A DNA stretch of 56,793 bases, filler included, from Trypethelium eluteriae (GCA_051942245.1; 3 parts of 3 records of this genome joined end to end with filler, not necessarily neighbours in it), one strand, 5' to 3'. Counted from the first letter of the whole stretch, positions 24,313-37,692 are shown. Numbers and translations: made by a program. Notes: generated by a model from the sequence alone, not told the origin.

Positions 24313-25058
24313 GGTTTCATACCCGGGAAATTGGAAGCAGTTGCATACGGTCTTGCAGATCTCTGTACCACCTCAAGAGCTGCTAGGGGGGCCTTGAAAG
24401 AAGGACGGGGCTTCTAGGGTGACTTGGAGCAGCGTGCCGCCAGTCGCGGTGCGGGAGCTGCTGCTGATGCCAGACATTGGCGAACGACAATCTCGAGACA
24501 GAGCAGACGACTTGGGGGTGAGAGGGAAGCAAAAAGAGGGAGAGCAGACGGGTGGTAGTTGGATGTGGAGAGTGTGGTAGTACACAAGATTCGCGACGCG
24601 GCCCGTTTCCCCGGTGGTTAGATGCAGATAGATAGGTGACCGGCCTGCATCCCTTGACACGGCACATGCATATATATATACCACCACCACTAAGTAAAGA
24701 TAAGATTTCACCTTTCACCAGGTTGCTCATACTTTGTGATTACACTGCACTTCCGCACTCGGCCATACGTCGGCAACCGACGTCGCACATCGTCACAACA
24801 ACGGCGTTGCCGTCATCACGGGATCGCCTCGTAAGGTGTGATGATTTGAAGCGACAATGCAGGGTTGGACTAAAATCGACTAGGATCCTAGGCTAGCCGT
24901 TGGGAGGAACACTTTTGTTCGAACTACGGGAAACGCTCAACTGACATGAGGTTGTGAACCCACGGGTATGCAACGAAAATCCTGACTACCATTCTCCCAA
25001 CACTTCCAATCCTCGACAATACCACGTGACTTGTCCAAGGGCCATGATTCATTTCGTA

Positions 25059-27976
25059 TCATCTTTCCACTTGCTTGGCTTTGCTTGTCCCTCCGGTTTG
25101 ATCGAGTTCCTTCGACGCCAGCTCAACCAATCCCATCGCATCCTCCATAGCATCAAACCCGACTCGCCAGCTTCTGAGCATTACGCCTCTAGGTTCCAGC
25201 TCTTGCTTCGCCTTCATCCATCTTTCCCTCCAGACCCTTTCGCGCTGCGATAGAGGTGGTTCATGAGGATCACTTTCAACCCCAGACAGCTTGGGACTCG
25301 CTGGTGGCGAATTCCAGCTTAACCGTTTTGAAGCCAATTGCGCCGCAGCAGCGGGATAGGAAGAAATTGCTCGTCGTGGAGGTGGCGGTGGCGGTGGCGC
25401 CGGTTTAGATTGAGCTTCAGATCGGCTGGAGCTTACGCTCATATTTCGCGGGGGAAAATGCTCCGATGGACTGCGATCAGGCGAAGATGGCCGTGAACGA
25501 CTTCCCATACCGGACCAGAACAATGCTGGCGACGGTAATGACTGATATGTATCAGAGATTTTCTGCCGAGCGACAGCACCGTAACCCTCTAGATTCGGGG
25601 CACGCTTAGGCAGGGGTGGTGCTTCATTTGGTTGATTTGACGTAGACGAAGTTACCGGCTTGCGCGAGGTAGGTGGAGGCGGTGGTTTCTTGTGGTCTGC
25701 CGAGGTTGACGCGGTCGTATCTCTTGAAGACTCAGAGTTAGAGCTTCTCAATGCAAGCGGCTTCGGCGGCGGTGCTGGGGAAGACGTTTTCCTCAAAGGA
25801 GCGGATCCCTTGAGTTCAGCATCGCTCGTATTACTGGAAGATTTCTTGAGTGCGCTTCCGTTGGCTCCAGTGTGCTTAGCTGAGGCGGACGATGCCTGAT
25901 TTGTGGGCAATTCTGGCTCGCTGAGGTCGATCAGAGTTCCCATTGTTGGCCCCATCTGGTGAGATGGAGGTGCAGGAGGCTCTGTTGGTCGACGTGGAGG
26001 TAAACGAGGTCGATTCTCTCCCTTCTCGATGGGTCGCAACTGTGGCCCAGATTGAGTTGCGTGAGATGACTGGATGGACCCAATACTGCGATGCCTTTGC
26101 TTCTCGACGTCTTCAAGGGAAGCGGCAATGGCTGTCCGAAGGTCAGGGTCATCCTCGTCGTTGGTTTGTGGCAAGCCTCGTGAACTTCGTTGCCAGCTAT
26201 TCGGACTAGCAGTACCCGATCCTGGAGAATATTCACCTCTCAGAGGACCCATAGTTGAATCAAAGAATCTCCTTCTTTTAGTGGTGGTAACATCGCGGAT
26301 GAATATTCCAAGGATCCGCCCCGGGTTCTCGAGAACAGTGTTTGTGTAAACTTCGAGGTCTGCCTCACCACTATCCCCAACCAGGATGAATTGCCGGTCG
26401 GGAAAATCATGGAGGAGTCTGTCCATTGTCGACTTCTTCCGCTCGGCGACAGGCTCGAAAATACCCTGAAGTACTCCAGCATATTGTTTGAGGTGGAATG
26501 ATCCCTTTGGAAGCTCTGCTTTTGCGAAATAGCTCGCAAGAAGTGGATAGAGTTGCCACGGCGAGTTAGATACGTAATGAAGCTTGACACCCATGTCTGC
26601 CATTCGCTTGTACCATTCTCGAACACCTTCCACCGTGAGATCGTCAAGACTTCTGATAAAAGTATTGCGAAAAATTTCCTTGGCTCCCGCAGTGATGGCC
26701 GAGTGCTTAATCGTATCGTCGATATCGCTTATCAGACTAATCCCTTGCGGCTGAGTGACATGCACTTCCTGTAATGCAGATAACCCTCCCTCCGAAGCAA
26801 GTAGGCGAACATGAGTTGGGACAAAAGTCAGTGCTGCTCGGATTGAAAAGTGACCAGACGTATCCGTTGGGATCGTTCGCTGTTCGGAATTGGATTCGTT
26901 AAAGAAAAAGGCGCTGACCGCTGTATCTACAAGTGGATTGGCTAGAAATGGTCGTAGCCTTGCCATGAGATGATTGTTGGCTTCTGTAAGCTCAGCCGGA
27001 CTCATCTTCGCTGGGTCAGTCCACGATTGTCGTCTGTCGGCCGCCGAAATTGGGCTAGTGCTATCGCTCGTGAGCGGCGTTTCCGTCACAGGGTGAGGAA
27101 TCCGGCCAGGTTGAGGTTCTTGCTTGCGAGTATGACTAGGGGAAGATAGCTCGCGACTGGGACCATCTGCGAAGCTCCCACCATTATTAGACGGAAATTC
27201 ACTAAAGCCGCCACGTCCAGCAATGTCAGCTTCCTTCTCGCCTCTTTTCAAAATTGCCTGCGCCTCTTTTGAGACCTCCTCTTCTTCCTGTTTGGCAACC
27301 CGCATCTCCATTCTCTGCCGGTGCAATGTGTGTGGGCTTGAGGACCGACTGCTCGACCGACTTGTAGTAGGACTGATGGTGGATGTAGGGGGAGCCGGCA
27401 AGCCAGAAAGCTGACGGGCTAAGCCTATAAAAAGTCTTTGCTTCCGGTTCATTGGTCCTTTCTGAGGGGAATATAACCAGCCGCGGACATCTACGTCCAC
27501 CACAGCATCTATTTCTTCCTCGTACCTTTCTTCCTGGTAGCGCCAATAGTCTGGGTCTCTCATGCTGTAAGGATCTTGCGGTGCCATACCACTAGTCTCT
27601 GGACCGGCTGCTTCCCACTGCTACATCCTTCGTAAGCATCAGTCGAGCGTGTAGACGTATCAAGACATACTTTTTGTTTTGTATGGTTCCGAGCATAGCT
27701 GGGAAATATCACCATTTCTTCGTCTCTGCCTCGAACGATGGCAGCCTCGGGAAACGCTCCGGGCATGTCATTACCAAGATGGTCGGTGCTTCCATCGCTG
27801 CTAGCAACATTGAATGAGGAGCCATAGCTCTGCTGATATGACTGTCTCAACTCATTTGCGGCCCTCAGGTAACCAGCAAGCTTCTTTCGTCTAGCACCCG
27901 GCTCTCTGGCACCCCCACTGCCAAAGCCAGTGAGGCTATTATAACCCTCAGAGCCATAGTTGCCGCTACTGCTCAT
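25059..27976 (-). CDS. APP1: Phosphatidate phosphatase App1 (actin patch protein, DUF2183)
   Basis: N-terminus REPGARRKKLAGYLRAANELRQSY, one intron ~27621-27670, catalytic ISDIDDTIKHS (DxDxT), HYVSNSPWQLYP, FILVGDSGEADLEVY, IFIRDVT, and a Pro-rich C-terminus. Confidence 0.93.
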
Positions 27977-29721
27977 CTTTTGACGGTGATACGCATCATC
28001 TTTGATGGTCCGGAGCCCAAAAAGCCGGTGTGCTCGCCTTCGGATGAGGCTGACGATGCCCCCTAGCCGACGCCTGTTCTCCTTTCTGTGCGTCATTGTC
28101 AGTAATCTGGCATGTAGTGGATGCAAAGGACATTACCTTGCCTGTCTCCGGACTAGATACTGGTAAATATGAGATTGGGCGCCGTACTTGAATGAAGGAG
28201 CGGTCCCGTGGGGAAATTTGGGTAGGCGTGCGCGTGCCCTTTGCCGCGCGTGAGGGAATAGATATCGTAGAAGAGACGACCTGCTATGCGCGTGAGGCAA
28301 AGGTCTGCCTCCGAAGGGCAAGGGAGCCACTTTGCGATTGCTTGAAAAGAGGCAGCGGGAAGATTTGTAGGCCTGCTGTCAAGCTTCGGTGGCGGTTGGA
28401 TGCTTCAGCTGCGGCTTGCTTGCTACGTCATGCTGTGCACAGAGCCTATCGAGCCCATGTCGCAAAGAGTTTCAGCCTTTCAGATCGAACCCATGATATC
28501 CACTTTTCCGAAGAAGTGTCTCGCCATATAGTCGCGAGATGGGAATCGTGACTGATAACATGGTAAAAGCACGAAAAGCATCGGCATTTTCGCAGACACC
28601 ATGGAAAACACGTTGTGTTGAAGACGGAAGCAAAGTCACGGCAAGTGATCCGAGTGCTGGCCCCGCGTGAGCGTTGCTTCAACCTTTCACTATCTCAGAA
28701 CCGACCCATCTGTATCTACGTTCATCTGAAATCCATGTTCGTTCTTAAAGAGTGTGGTCTATGGCCGTGAGCGAGGATTGTCTGAGGAATCCTCGCCGCT
28801 ACTCTATTCTACCATGTCGATCGTTTGGTCGGACTTCCCTCACGCCATCAGTCTTCCAAGACCTGTCCAAGGCTGTCATGGCTCAAGTCCTGCTCAAACC
28901 TTCGAACTGAATCGAATAGCAACAGAGGTAAGCTTTTCAATTCACCAAATCAGACTTCCACCTTCGCGAAATGTCCAGGTAGCTCGACAGGCGGGGCAGC
29001 GTCAAGCACGATGAATGGATTAACCCGACTTGATTAATGGGGCTAAGGAGACTCACTATTCAGGAGAAAGAGGCACAGTGCTTCATATCGGGCTAGACCC
29101 GAGCCGAGTGACTAGGTTTTGAAGGACTCCTTGCAGAATATAGAGCCCAATATTGAGGCACAGGAGGACCCATGCAGAATTTCCTCACGAGAACGCACAA
29201 CTGGACTACGCATTATCCCAATCAAAAATAGAGAACGCAATGACAAACTTCCGAGCTCCACTGTTTCGAAACCCGCGTCTTTAGCTTCCCCATAGAAGCG
29301 AATCCTACATAGACGCTGGGTTTCAAGAGGCTCGTAGGGCTAGGCGCCTACGAGACGAAACGTTCCTAACCGCCACCCTTCCCTTTCATTTTCCATTTTT
29401 CAGGTTTACACCATTCCTCCTTGGCAGGAAAGTTGCTAGTATTGGCTATCATGAAATGTTTGAAAAACTTCTTACCATGTTCTTATGTGTGCGAAGTGAG
29501 GAATGTCGCTAACCCCCTGCCTTTTTGCGCGACTCGCCAACCCACCATCCGACGTACCCTTGCCTTATCCACGGCGTACAGAACAAATCGCGCGTTTATT
29601 AACATGCCTTCAAGCCTCATAAATTGCTGGACTAAGTCCATGGTGGATGTTAAAAACGGCCTACCTGCCGTGGGGTTGCCAAGCAATCACCACCAATAGT
29701 ATGACCATGATGACTTTCACA

Positions 29722-31801
29722 ATGACTACACAATTCATTCATTCACTATGCATCTTCCTGTCATTCTTTACTTTCACTTTTGCGCATATAGAGATGAGCT
29801 GGCCTTATCCTCTGCGAAGCAAATTGAACTCAAAAACTCCCCAAAGCCTGATGGATTACAGCATGACTGCGCCACTCGATGCCAGCGGATCGAACGTATG
29901 GATGAAAGACATTCTCTCTCAATTCATTTGGCTAAGATTCAGATAGTTTCCTTGCAAGGGTTATCAGGCAAATACGCCCCTGGATTCGGTGGCGAGCCTG
30001 AGTGCAGGTTCACAGTATAACATGACTCTTGATGGTAGTGCCACCCATGGTGGTGGGTCCTGCCAAATCTCACTATCTTACGACAATGGAGCGACGTTCC
30101 GTGTTATCAAATCGATCATTGGCGGCTGTCCCTTCACAGAAAAGTATGATTACACAATTCCTAGCTTCGCACCAAGCGGAAAGGTATTGCTTGCCTGGAG
30201 CTGGCAAAATCACGAAGGTCTGACTAGAATAATATCCCAATCATTGTACCACCTCTAAATATTTTGCAGGCAATCGAGAATTCTACATGAATTGTGCTTC
30301 TGTAACGATTACAGGATCGCCATCATCACGTCGGCGTGAACGGCAAAGTAGCTCAGCAAGTAGCATGAATGACTTGCCCAATATCTGGGTCGCGAATCTA
30401 CCCGAAGTTAATAAATGTACGACATCCGAGGGGGTCGATCCAGTATATCCAGATCCCGGACCAGAGGTAGAGTATGGAGCTGGTCTAAGCAAATCTTCAC
30501 CTCCTTCCCCTAAAAACTGCGAAGATTCGTCTCCCGGTCCTGCCTACAAGAATGTTGAGGGATCCAACGGAGGCTCAGGCTCGTCAAGCGCAGCTTCGTC
30601 TGCTAACTCTGGAGCGACGTCAAGTGCTGCACCAATTGCAAGCTCTTCGCCCAATGCTAGTGGTATGATTGGCTTGAGCTCGGCTTCAGCTGCTCCTGTA
30701 GCTACATCGACGGCTCCATATTCGGTGGTACCTGTCGACGGTGGGCCTACAGCGACATCAAACCCTGGTGGTGTTTTTGTACCAGAGATCACGTCAGCCG
30801 CGAGCGCGGCTACGAGCGATGCAAGTACAAGTACGTCAAATTTTCGAATTTCGCATACTACCATCACCATGACAATCAGCGAGACAACGACGGTCACTAC
30901 TACTCACCACCCCAGCACTTCATCCTCCCAGTCATCAACTGCACCACTTCAGATTACCTCGACGACACTTGGCAGCTATTCAGCAAATCGTGTTGCCTCG
31001 GTCTCGACGGAACCTGGTCTCTACTCTTCAACGTCCCCAACCTACCCTGTCGTCGTTAAGCCATTACCCACACCTACTGTTGCAAGCAATTTGGACTGTC
31101 CTATTCCCGCTGCTTTCCCTCTTACCTTGACTTCCGCATCGGATCTATACGTCCCGATCCCCTTATCACGAGCTCCTATCTTCACACCAACAACCGCTCC
31201 CCTAAACACTTCCACCCCACCATCCAACCCTCCACAATCCCCTCTCAATCGCGTCCAGCCACCAACCATCATTCTCCTCCCCTCTCCCACTAACCACGCC
31301 ACCTCTACAGGCGCCTCTACGGCCGAAACGTCCCCACCAGCCACATCCTCTTCACCCCTCACCTCCTCAACTCCCGCATCCCCCTCCTCGACCCCGCCAT
31401 ACGCCACCAGCGCCAACGGCGACTACTCAGCCTACCTCCCCTGCAACCCCGGCGCCTTCCTCTGCACCTCCGCAACCACCTTCCTGACTTGCGACATCGC
31501 ACCGTCCAATAGCTCCGGTTCCAGCCCCAGCTCCAGCTCCAGCACGAGCTCCGACTCCGACTCCGGCTCTGCTGCTGCGTCCTACATCTGGACCGCCAGC
31601 CGCGTCGTCGCTGCGGGGATGGAGTGTCAACCGAGCTTGAGCGCAGCAAGCAGCGGCAGCAGCAGCAGCAGCAGTGTTGGTGGTGATGCAGGTGGTGGAG
31701 GTGGGTCCGGTGCCATTGAGCAGCAGGCCTCGAGTGGGACGTCGGCGGTGCCGAGCGGGTTCGTTAGGGACGATCAGTATGTGGCGAGCTCGAATCCGTA
31801 G
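29722..31801 (+). CDS. Secreted lytic polysaccharide monooxygenase of family AA11, with Ser/Thr/Pro linker and C-terminal 4-Cys module
   Basis: Signal peptide ...FFTFTFA followed directly by His1 ([13 protein letters not shown]). Introns 29896-29946 and 30218-30269. Motifs [38 protein letters not shown] give the His-brace plus axial Tyr. The start could be 29701. Confidence 0.88.
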
Positions 31802-33627
31802 TCTTGTGGCATGTTTGTAGGGGAAAGTGGGTTGCACAGAGGAGCGTGGTGGAGTGGCGATATCGGAGGCGATTGGGTCGGGGGAAAGCTATGTGTCTGT
31901 GGTGTCTGGGAGTTTGGGAGTCAATTCAGTGCCGTGCTCAGGGAGGCAACAGGGGTGCCGTGCAGAGCAGCTGCTGGTCAGTGTAGACAGAGAGGATTGA
32001 TTTGATGGTTGTTCCGATTCTTGACGCCGATTAGAGGTAGGGTACTGGGTGGGGTTTTGGGCTCTCTTCTCGTGTATTGACGTTTCGACGCCAGGATTTG
32101 CGTGGCTGGGTAGGGCTTTGTGAGCTTGTTTAACCTCCATCCCTCCTTTGGCGGTTGGGCAGGCGTTGTGGAATTCGTTCAGCATTATTCCTTGGGAGGC
32201 GTGGAGCCATTCGCTTGGTTCAAAAGCAGAGAACGACTGCCATTGAAAAAGACCAGATCAAAACGACTTGGCTTGCAGCTGTGCCGATTCCCACTGTTTC
32301 ATGTTTGTCCTGTGATTAGAGAACAGCGATTCTGAACCGGCCGGGGCCTTTCTATGCTGCGCCTGAAAAGGTTAAATGGTGATCCCTTCATACGACGTAC
32401 GGTGCACATCAAAGTGGGGGCCAAAACTGGGTTAGGTAATCCCACATCGTCATTCCAATGAGTTCAAACAATTCGTGGCGCCGCTACCGTCCGGCTCGTT
32501 CCATGCTGGCGGGCCGCTTGTGGCCCCGCTTGCGATAAGCTTTGCGTTCTACTCCTCGAGTCTTCTTCCTGCTATTGGAGCCCTTGAGAATTTGTAGTCG
32601 GTCTCATCAAGTCTTTGCAAAGCGACTCAGGGCCACATTGATATGTACCAAGGATGTTATCACCGTATAACCTTATTGAGCTGCCATCCTGCAAAGTGTT
32701 GCCGCTGAAGCTAGAGTCGGATAGGGGGCGGATCCGCGAAGGAAGTGGGGTGCATGAAAAAGCGAAACGCCATTGTGTAAATCACACCGCCAACTTGCAT
32801 CTCGGGTAGGGCCCATACGGGAAGATCCATATCTTCACCGATTAGCGAACAGGGAAGGGTCTGCCTGTGACAGTTTGGGACGTCCTGGCATCGTAAGGCT
32901 GTCGTTGATTTGTGGGGATTAGAATCCATATCGCGGAAGACTGGTCATCGGAATGATTGTGGGTTTCTCAGGACGCGTTGCACTCTGCTCGTCTGCCGAG
33001 ACCGCAGGCTCAAGCTTGGCTTGTGGGTTCCCGTGGAGGGTTGGTGGAACGGATTGGCCGGATGGCTGTTTCTCGATGAAGTTGAGAGCACGTCAAGACC
33101 TCAGACCGAGCGAAGCAGCAGCCCGAGTTTCTTGACTTCATGACAGTGTCTGCTGAAGAGGACATCCATTGAATATCAACCCTATCCCTTTCACCTTGCG
33201 GTCGGCGGGTTTTTGGCGTCGAGGATCTGGACTGAGTTCGAAGTGCTGGGTTATCACAGCATGACTGTTCCCCAGAACTAGCGAAGCGACCACTGATGTG
33301 GGCCTGGGATAATCTGACACTTCAGAGCCAAATCTTGGCCAGTCTTCCGCAGAGCCGCAAATTTTCCCTTAATAGAACGGGAGAACGAGAGCCAACACCG
33401 GATATCCTGAGATTCCTGAAGAGAAAAAAGTGTCCTATCCGTGTTTGCTGCGATTGTTTTTCCGGTCTGCAATTCATCTTGCTGACCGCGCCCATCGAAA
33501 TTCCTTTTCGCATTTAGAGTATTCGAGGTAGTCTTTTATCGTGGACCCCGCCGCCCCCAATAACGGTAGTCGGTACCGGAGGGTGCTGAGCCGCACTGTC
33601 CACTCTGATGATTCCAGCCTCGCCGAA

Positions 33628-34591
33628 AGTAAGCAAGATCCTCTCAGCCACTCACCGGTAGAATAACGCAAGGCTGAGACATTTTCCAGTGTCAACCGCT
33701 AGCTCCATCTCGTTGAGCGATGCAGGCAGCTTCCGGTATGAGCAGCCGCCGCCAGGCCTCCGACCTCAATACCAGTTCCAAGATCAGATAGCCCAAGTCC
33801 AGGCGGTAGCACACAATTTCGCCCACCGCGGAAACGTTACTGATCGCCTCGTTGGTGGTCCCTTCATTCGTACACCTCAAGCGATTGCTACTTCGGAACA
33901 GTCCAGAAGGCAGCACAGAAGCCCCGCTTCCTCATCCATGGCTTTTACTAGGAATAGCTCCGCTCGGCTTACCGTCACAACTGGTAGTTCATCGCTCCCT
34001 GCATTGTCCACTGGCGGCACCTCTCGAACAGACAGCTCTGTTTGTACGGATGATGCAGGGAGAGTAAGAGGCTACAGTTCGGCCATCCTCGAGGCTGATG
34101 ATGAGGGTGCGTTGAGACAGGATATCTCTCATCAACCACGAGCGCCATGGTACCCATGCTGCTTTTACTTCTTACGTTGTCCTTACTGGTCATATAATAT
34201 GGATGAATGGGAAACCCACTGCCGCTCTCATCTTCATAGGAATCCTCCACCCAGCAAGGTACAATGTCCCTATTGTGACGACCTCGGATCGCAAAGATTC
34301 GCAAACGGCGAGGAGGCGTGGGAAGCTCGTATGCATCATATTGCCAACCACCATATTCAAGAGGGGGCCAGAGTGGAACATGCTAGGCCAGACTTCGGCC
34401 TCTTTTACTACCTTTGGCAAGTGAGAGTTATCAGCAACGCTCAGTTACACGAGCTGAGAGAGAACCACATCCTCCTGAGCTCTCCGACCCATCACACGGT
34501 AACTCAGGGGTCGATCGCGGATGAGAGAAGGCGGTCAAATCAGCAACGAGAGAGACCCCCAGGCGAAAGGCGTATGCGGGCGGGACGATAG
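33628..34591 (+). CDS. Hypothetical protein with a C-terminal Cys/His (zinc-finger-like) domain
   Basis: 300-codon ORF whose ATG is formed by splicing A(33628) to TG(33690-33691) across intron 33629-33689. Contains PCCFYFLRC...WETHCRSH...CPYCD...WEARMHHIANHH...RPDF. Confidence 0.75.
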
Positions 34592-36192
34592 TAACGACAG
34601 GATGAAGTTCCGAAATACCCAGGGCCAGTGACTTAAGTAGGACCGCCGAGGCTCAATCTGACCGACTGGACAATGACTCTTTTTTTCCTTTCCTTTCAGC
34701 ATTCGATTCTTCAAGATTCGAAGTATTCCCTCTTGCTATCCGCCGGGTCAGCCTAGGAGCGACTGTCGCAAAGGGGCTACCAACACGATGTCAGCCTTTT
34801 AGTTGTCATGGGTATGAGCTTAGAGGAAGGGAAGAAGAAGGGAAGAAACACGAAAGACTCACGAGCCCATGAAGATATTTTCCTCAAATTGCCCAATCAA
34901 GCCGTGGCAGTGGCTGTGGTGGCAGTGGACCAATCACAGGCCTACCCCTTGCCCAACACTTTCAAGAGATTGCCACCTTCATCTCCTTTCATTGCAAGAC
35001 CATTGTCGTCTGCGGTTTCAATTCGTTGATGATCTTTTTTCTTAGGCATGTTTTTGGCATGGCCCTGTTCCAGATGAGAGCCCAGCATCGAAGCCAGAGA
35101 TATTGAGATACCCAAGTATGATATATAACGAAATGCCTGATGACTTCATGTAAAAAATTTTCCGAATCAAAGCCGAGACAGATATCACCTTAGTTACAAG
35201 AAGCTCAGAAAAAGAGAGTCCGATGAGTGCAGGGCGTACAGCTTGTTAATATTCCCGCGCTTTCAGGTCTGCCTGAGGCACTGTCACATAGCGCGCCCTA
35301 ACAATTGCCTACTCTACCCTGGGGCAACAAACGCCCCGCAGCATTAGTGTCACCTGCTCTACGATGAGACGAAAAGCGGTCTGCATGTACTTTGGGGCCG
35401 TCTCCTGTACTCCTCATCTAGGATGAAAAGGAGTCGTCGAGGTCCCACAAAATCAGGCAGCGAGCTTGATACTTGGGGTCACGAATGATTGGTCAATGCG
35501 ACGACGCACGAAGAGGCGAGTTGCCTTGTTGACGATCTTCGAGCTGGACCAGAGTAAAAACCAACGGATGACGAGAACGGATGTTTGGACAGCTTAGGCA
35601 TTGGCGCCAGCAAGCCTTCCTCAACGCAGAGCCACGAGCACCCACCTGGTTGAAGAAGGTTCCGGCTTGGAACGAGCTTACTTAAAAATGTCTAGATCTA
35701 CTAGATCTTCTACTGTTGACTAAGGAATTTTATGACTGAAGTACAAGGAGCCTCATGCTTCGGGCTTGCCTGAACGGTAAGGTACCTCCTCGTACTTGCA
35801 TTGATGATATTGGGTTCTCTCAATTGAGGAATCAGGGAGAAGGGCTGAATGCTGTGTTTGCCATCGGGATGAAGTTGCAGAGCGATTCGCAGGGGTCATA
35901 GCTTACATTCTGGATGATTCCTAGGAAGCATCTGATATAATTATAGATGTCAACTAAGGTAGGATGATAACTTTGTGAAACGTGCTCCATTCTCAAGAAA
36001 CGTAAAACATCCCCAAATCGCCCCTGCCCCACGACGAGATTGACGTGTTTTTTTCCAACACGCGACAATCTGCCCGCTACCGCTCACACATCAACGTCGC
36101 GATACACACGCATGAACTCGCTCTCAACAATGGACAGGCACCTCATGCTCCCTCGTTAGCCGATATCCCGTCTTCTCTTTGACTCCCACACC

Positions 36193-36917
36193 ATGGACAA
36201 TAGTAGAATGGAAAATCTCTCGCTACAAGATCAGGGCGGTCCTCATGGACAAAATGCCCCACCACAGCCAGCTGCAGGCGGGCTACCGCCGGTGCCGCAG
36301 CTCCCACCACAGATGTTTACGACGGCTGCACAGCTGCTTGATCTGACTGATAGTGAGTTTGTCGAGATCGGAAAGCTCGGTCACCAAAATATGCTTCTGG
36401 ACCAGTGTGGCTGACGTGGAGCTACGGCTTTGACTTGGGACAGAGAAGTTGATGATTATACTAAGGGATGGACGTAAGCTCATTGGGGTTCTGAGGAGCT
36501 GGGACCAATTTGGTATGGCATATCTGGCTCGAGATTCAAGTACGCCGGTAAAGATCACTAACGTTCTTTTGAATGCTAGCGAATCTGGTTCTTCAGGACA
36601 CAATTGAGCGCATCTTCGCTGCGAACCTCTACGCCGATGTCCACCGTGGAATCTATATTGTGCGTGGCGAGAATGTTCTGATGCTGGGAGAGATCGTACG
36701 TTCCTTGTCAATCTCCGAGGAACGTGAAGTAACGCTGCAGCAGGACTTGGACAAAGACGACTATGTACCTGAGCCGTACCAAGAAGCCCCGATAGAGACA
36801 GTGCACGCGACACAGAGAAAGGAGCAAGAAAACAGGAAAAACAAGGACAAAGCAAAGAGGGAGAAGTTGTTGACCATGGGCTTTGAACCAGAGCATTCGG
36901 GAGAGGTAATATTTTGA
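36193..36917 (+). CDS. LSM1: Sm-like protein Lsm1 (mRNA decapping activator), 4 exons
   Basis: PPQMFTTAAQLLDLTD | KKLMIILRDGRKLIGVLRSWDQF | ANLVLQDTIERIF...RGIYIVRGENVLMLGEI | DLDKDD. Introns ~36354-36443, ~36513-36579 and 36696-36743. Confidence 0.96.
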
Positions 36918-37550
36918 GAATCTCGAGAACCCCCAACGAATCGTGATACTGGAATCACGGCATCTTGCCAGCGGGTGCAGCTGATCCAAATCACTTCATC
37001 TATACTCTGTCTCTTTCACCAAGTTCTAATTAGGATAGGACCGTGGGCAGCAGAATATTGTGAAATGCTGCCCATGGAGTGGAGAATGCGAAATGGAATA
37101 CTTGTTGCTACAGGACTTGACGGAAAAACTTTTCGATTGCAATTGCCTACGGCGATGTTTGAGCTGTTTCATTATGCAAAAGTTGACCATATGTTCACAC
37201 CAGAATTATCTTTGTTCTGTCTCATCTCTTGGCTTGATCTCTACCATAAATTAAGGAGCTGGTCAATGGCTCTCACTTTCTTTCGTATATTCCATCAGGG
37301 GCTCATCAACAGGTAAGTGCAAACTTACTTTTTCTAGACACAGGAAGACCTAGCTGCAGAAGATTGGACGGACCTTCCAATGACGTAATTCATGATCTCA
37401 ACGAGGGGCTTGGATGGACTTAGGATTTAAGAGGTTAAGTCAATCGAATTTTCTTCTTGCTCAATGACTCTAGAGACTTCCAATTTTGCTTTTCCCTCGT
37501 ACAAGGCCTCACTCTTTCCAAAGTCCAGCTGATCCACTTCAAGAAACCCA

Positions 37551-37692
37551 ATGGCTCCCAAAGGTCTCGCAATCCTCATCGGCGCCGGCCCCAACACAGT
37601 ACGCTACCCACAACGCTTCTAAGTATCTCAGCCTTCCCCAGCAACCCACATCTGACCCCCTTCAGGGCGCCGGCATAGCCCGCATCCTCGCC
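37551..37692 (+). CDS. 5' fragment of a fungal short-chain dehydrogenase/reductase
   Basis: MAPKGLAILIGAGPNT, intron 37599-37665 (gtacgc...ctgac...cag), GAGIARILA: a Rossmann GxxxGxG-type start. SDR-like sequence stops after 37692. Confidence 0.75.
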
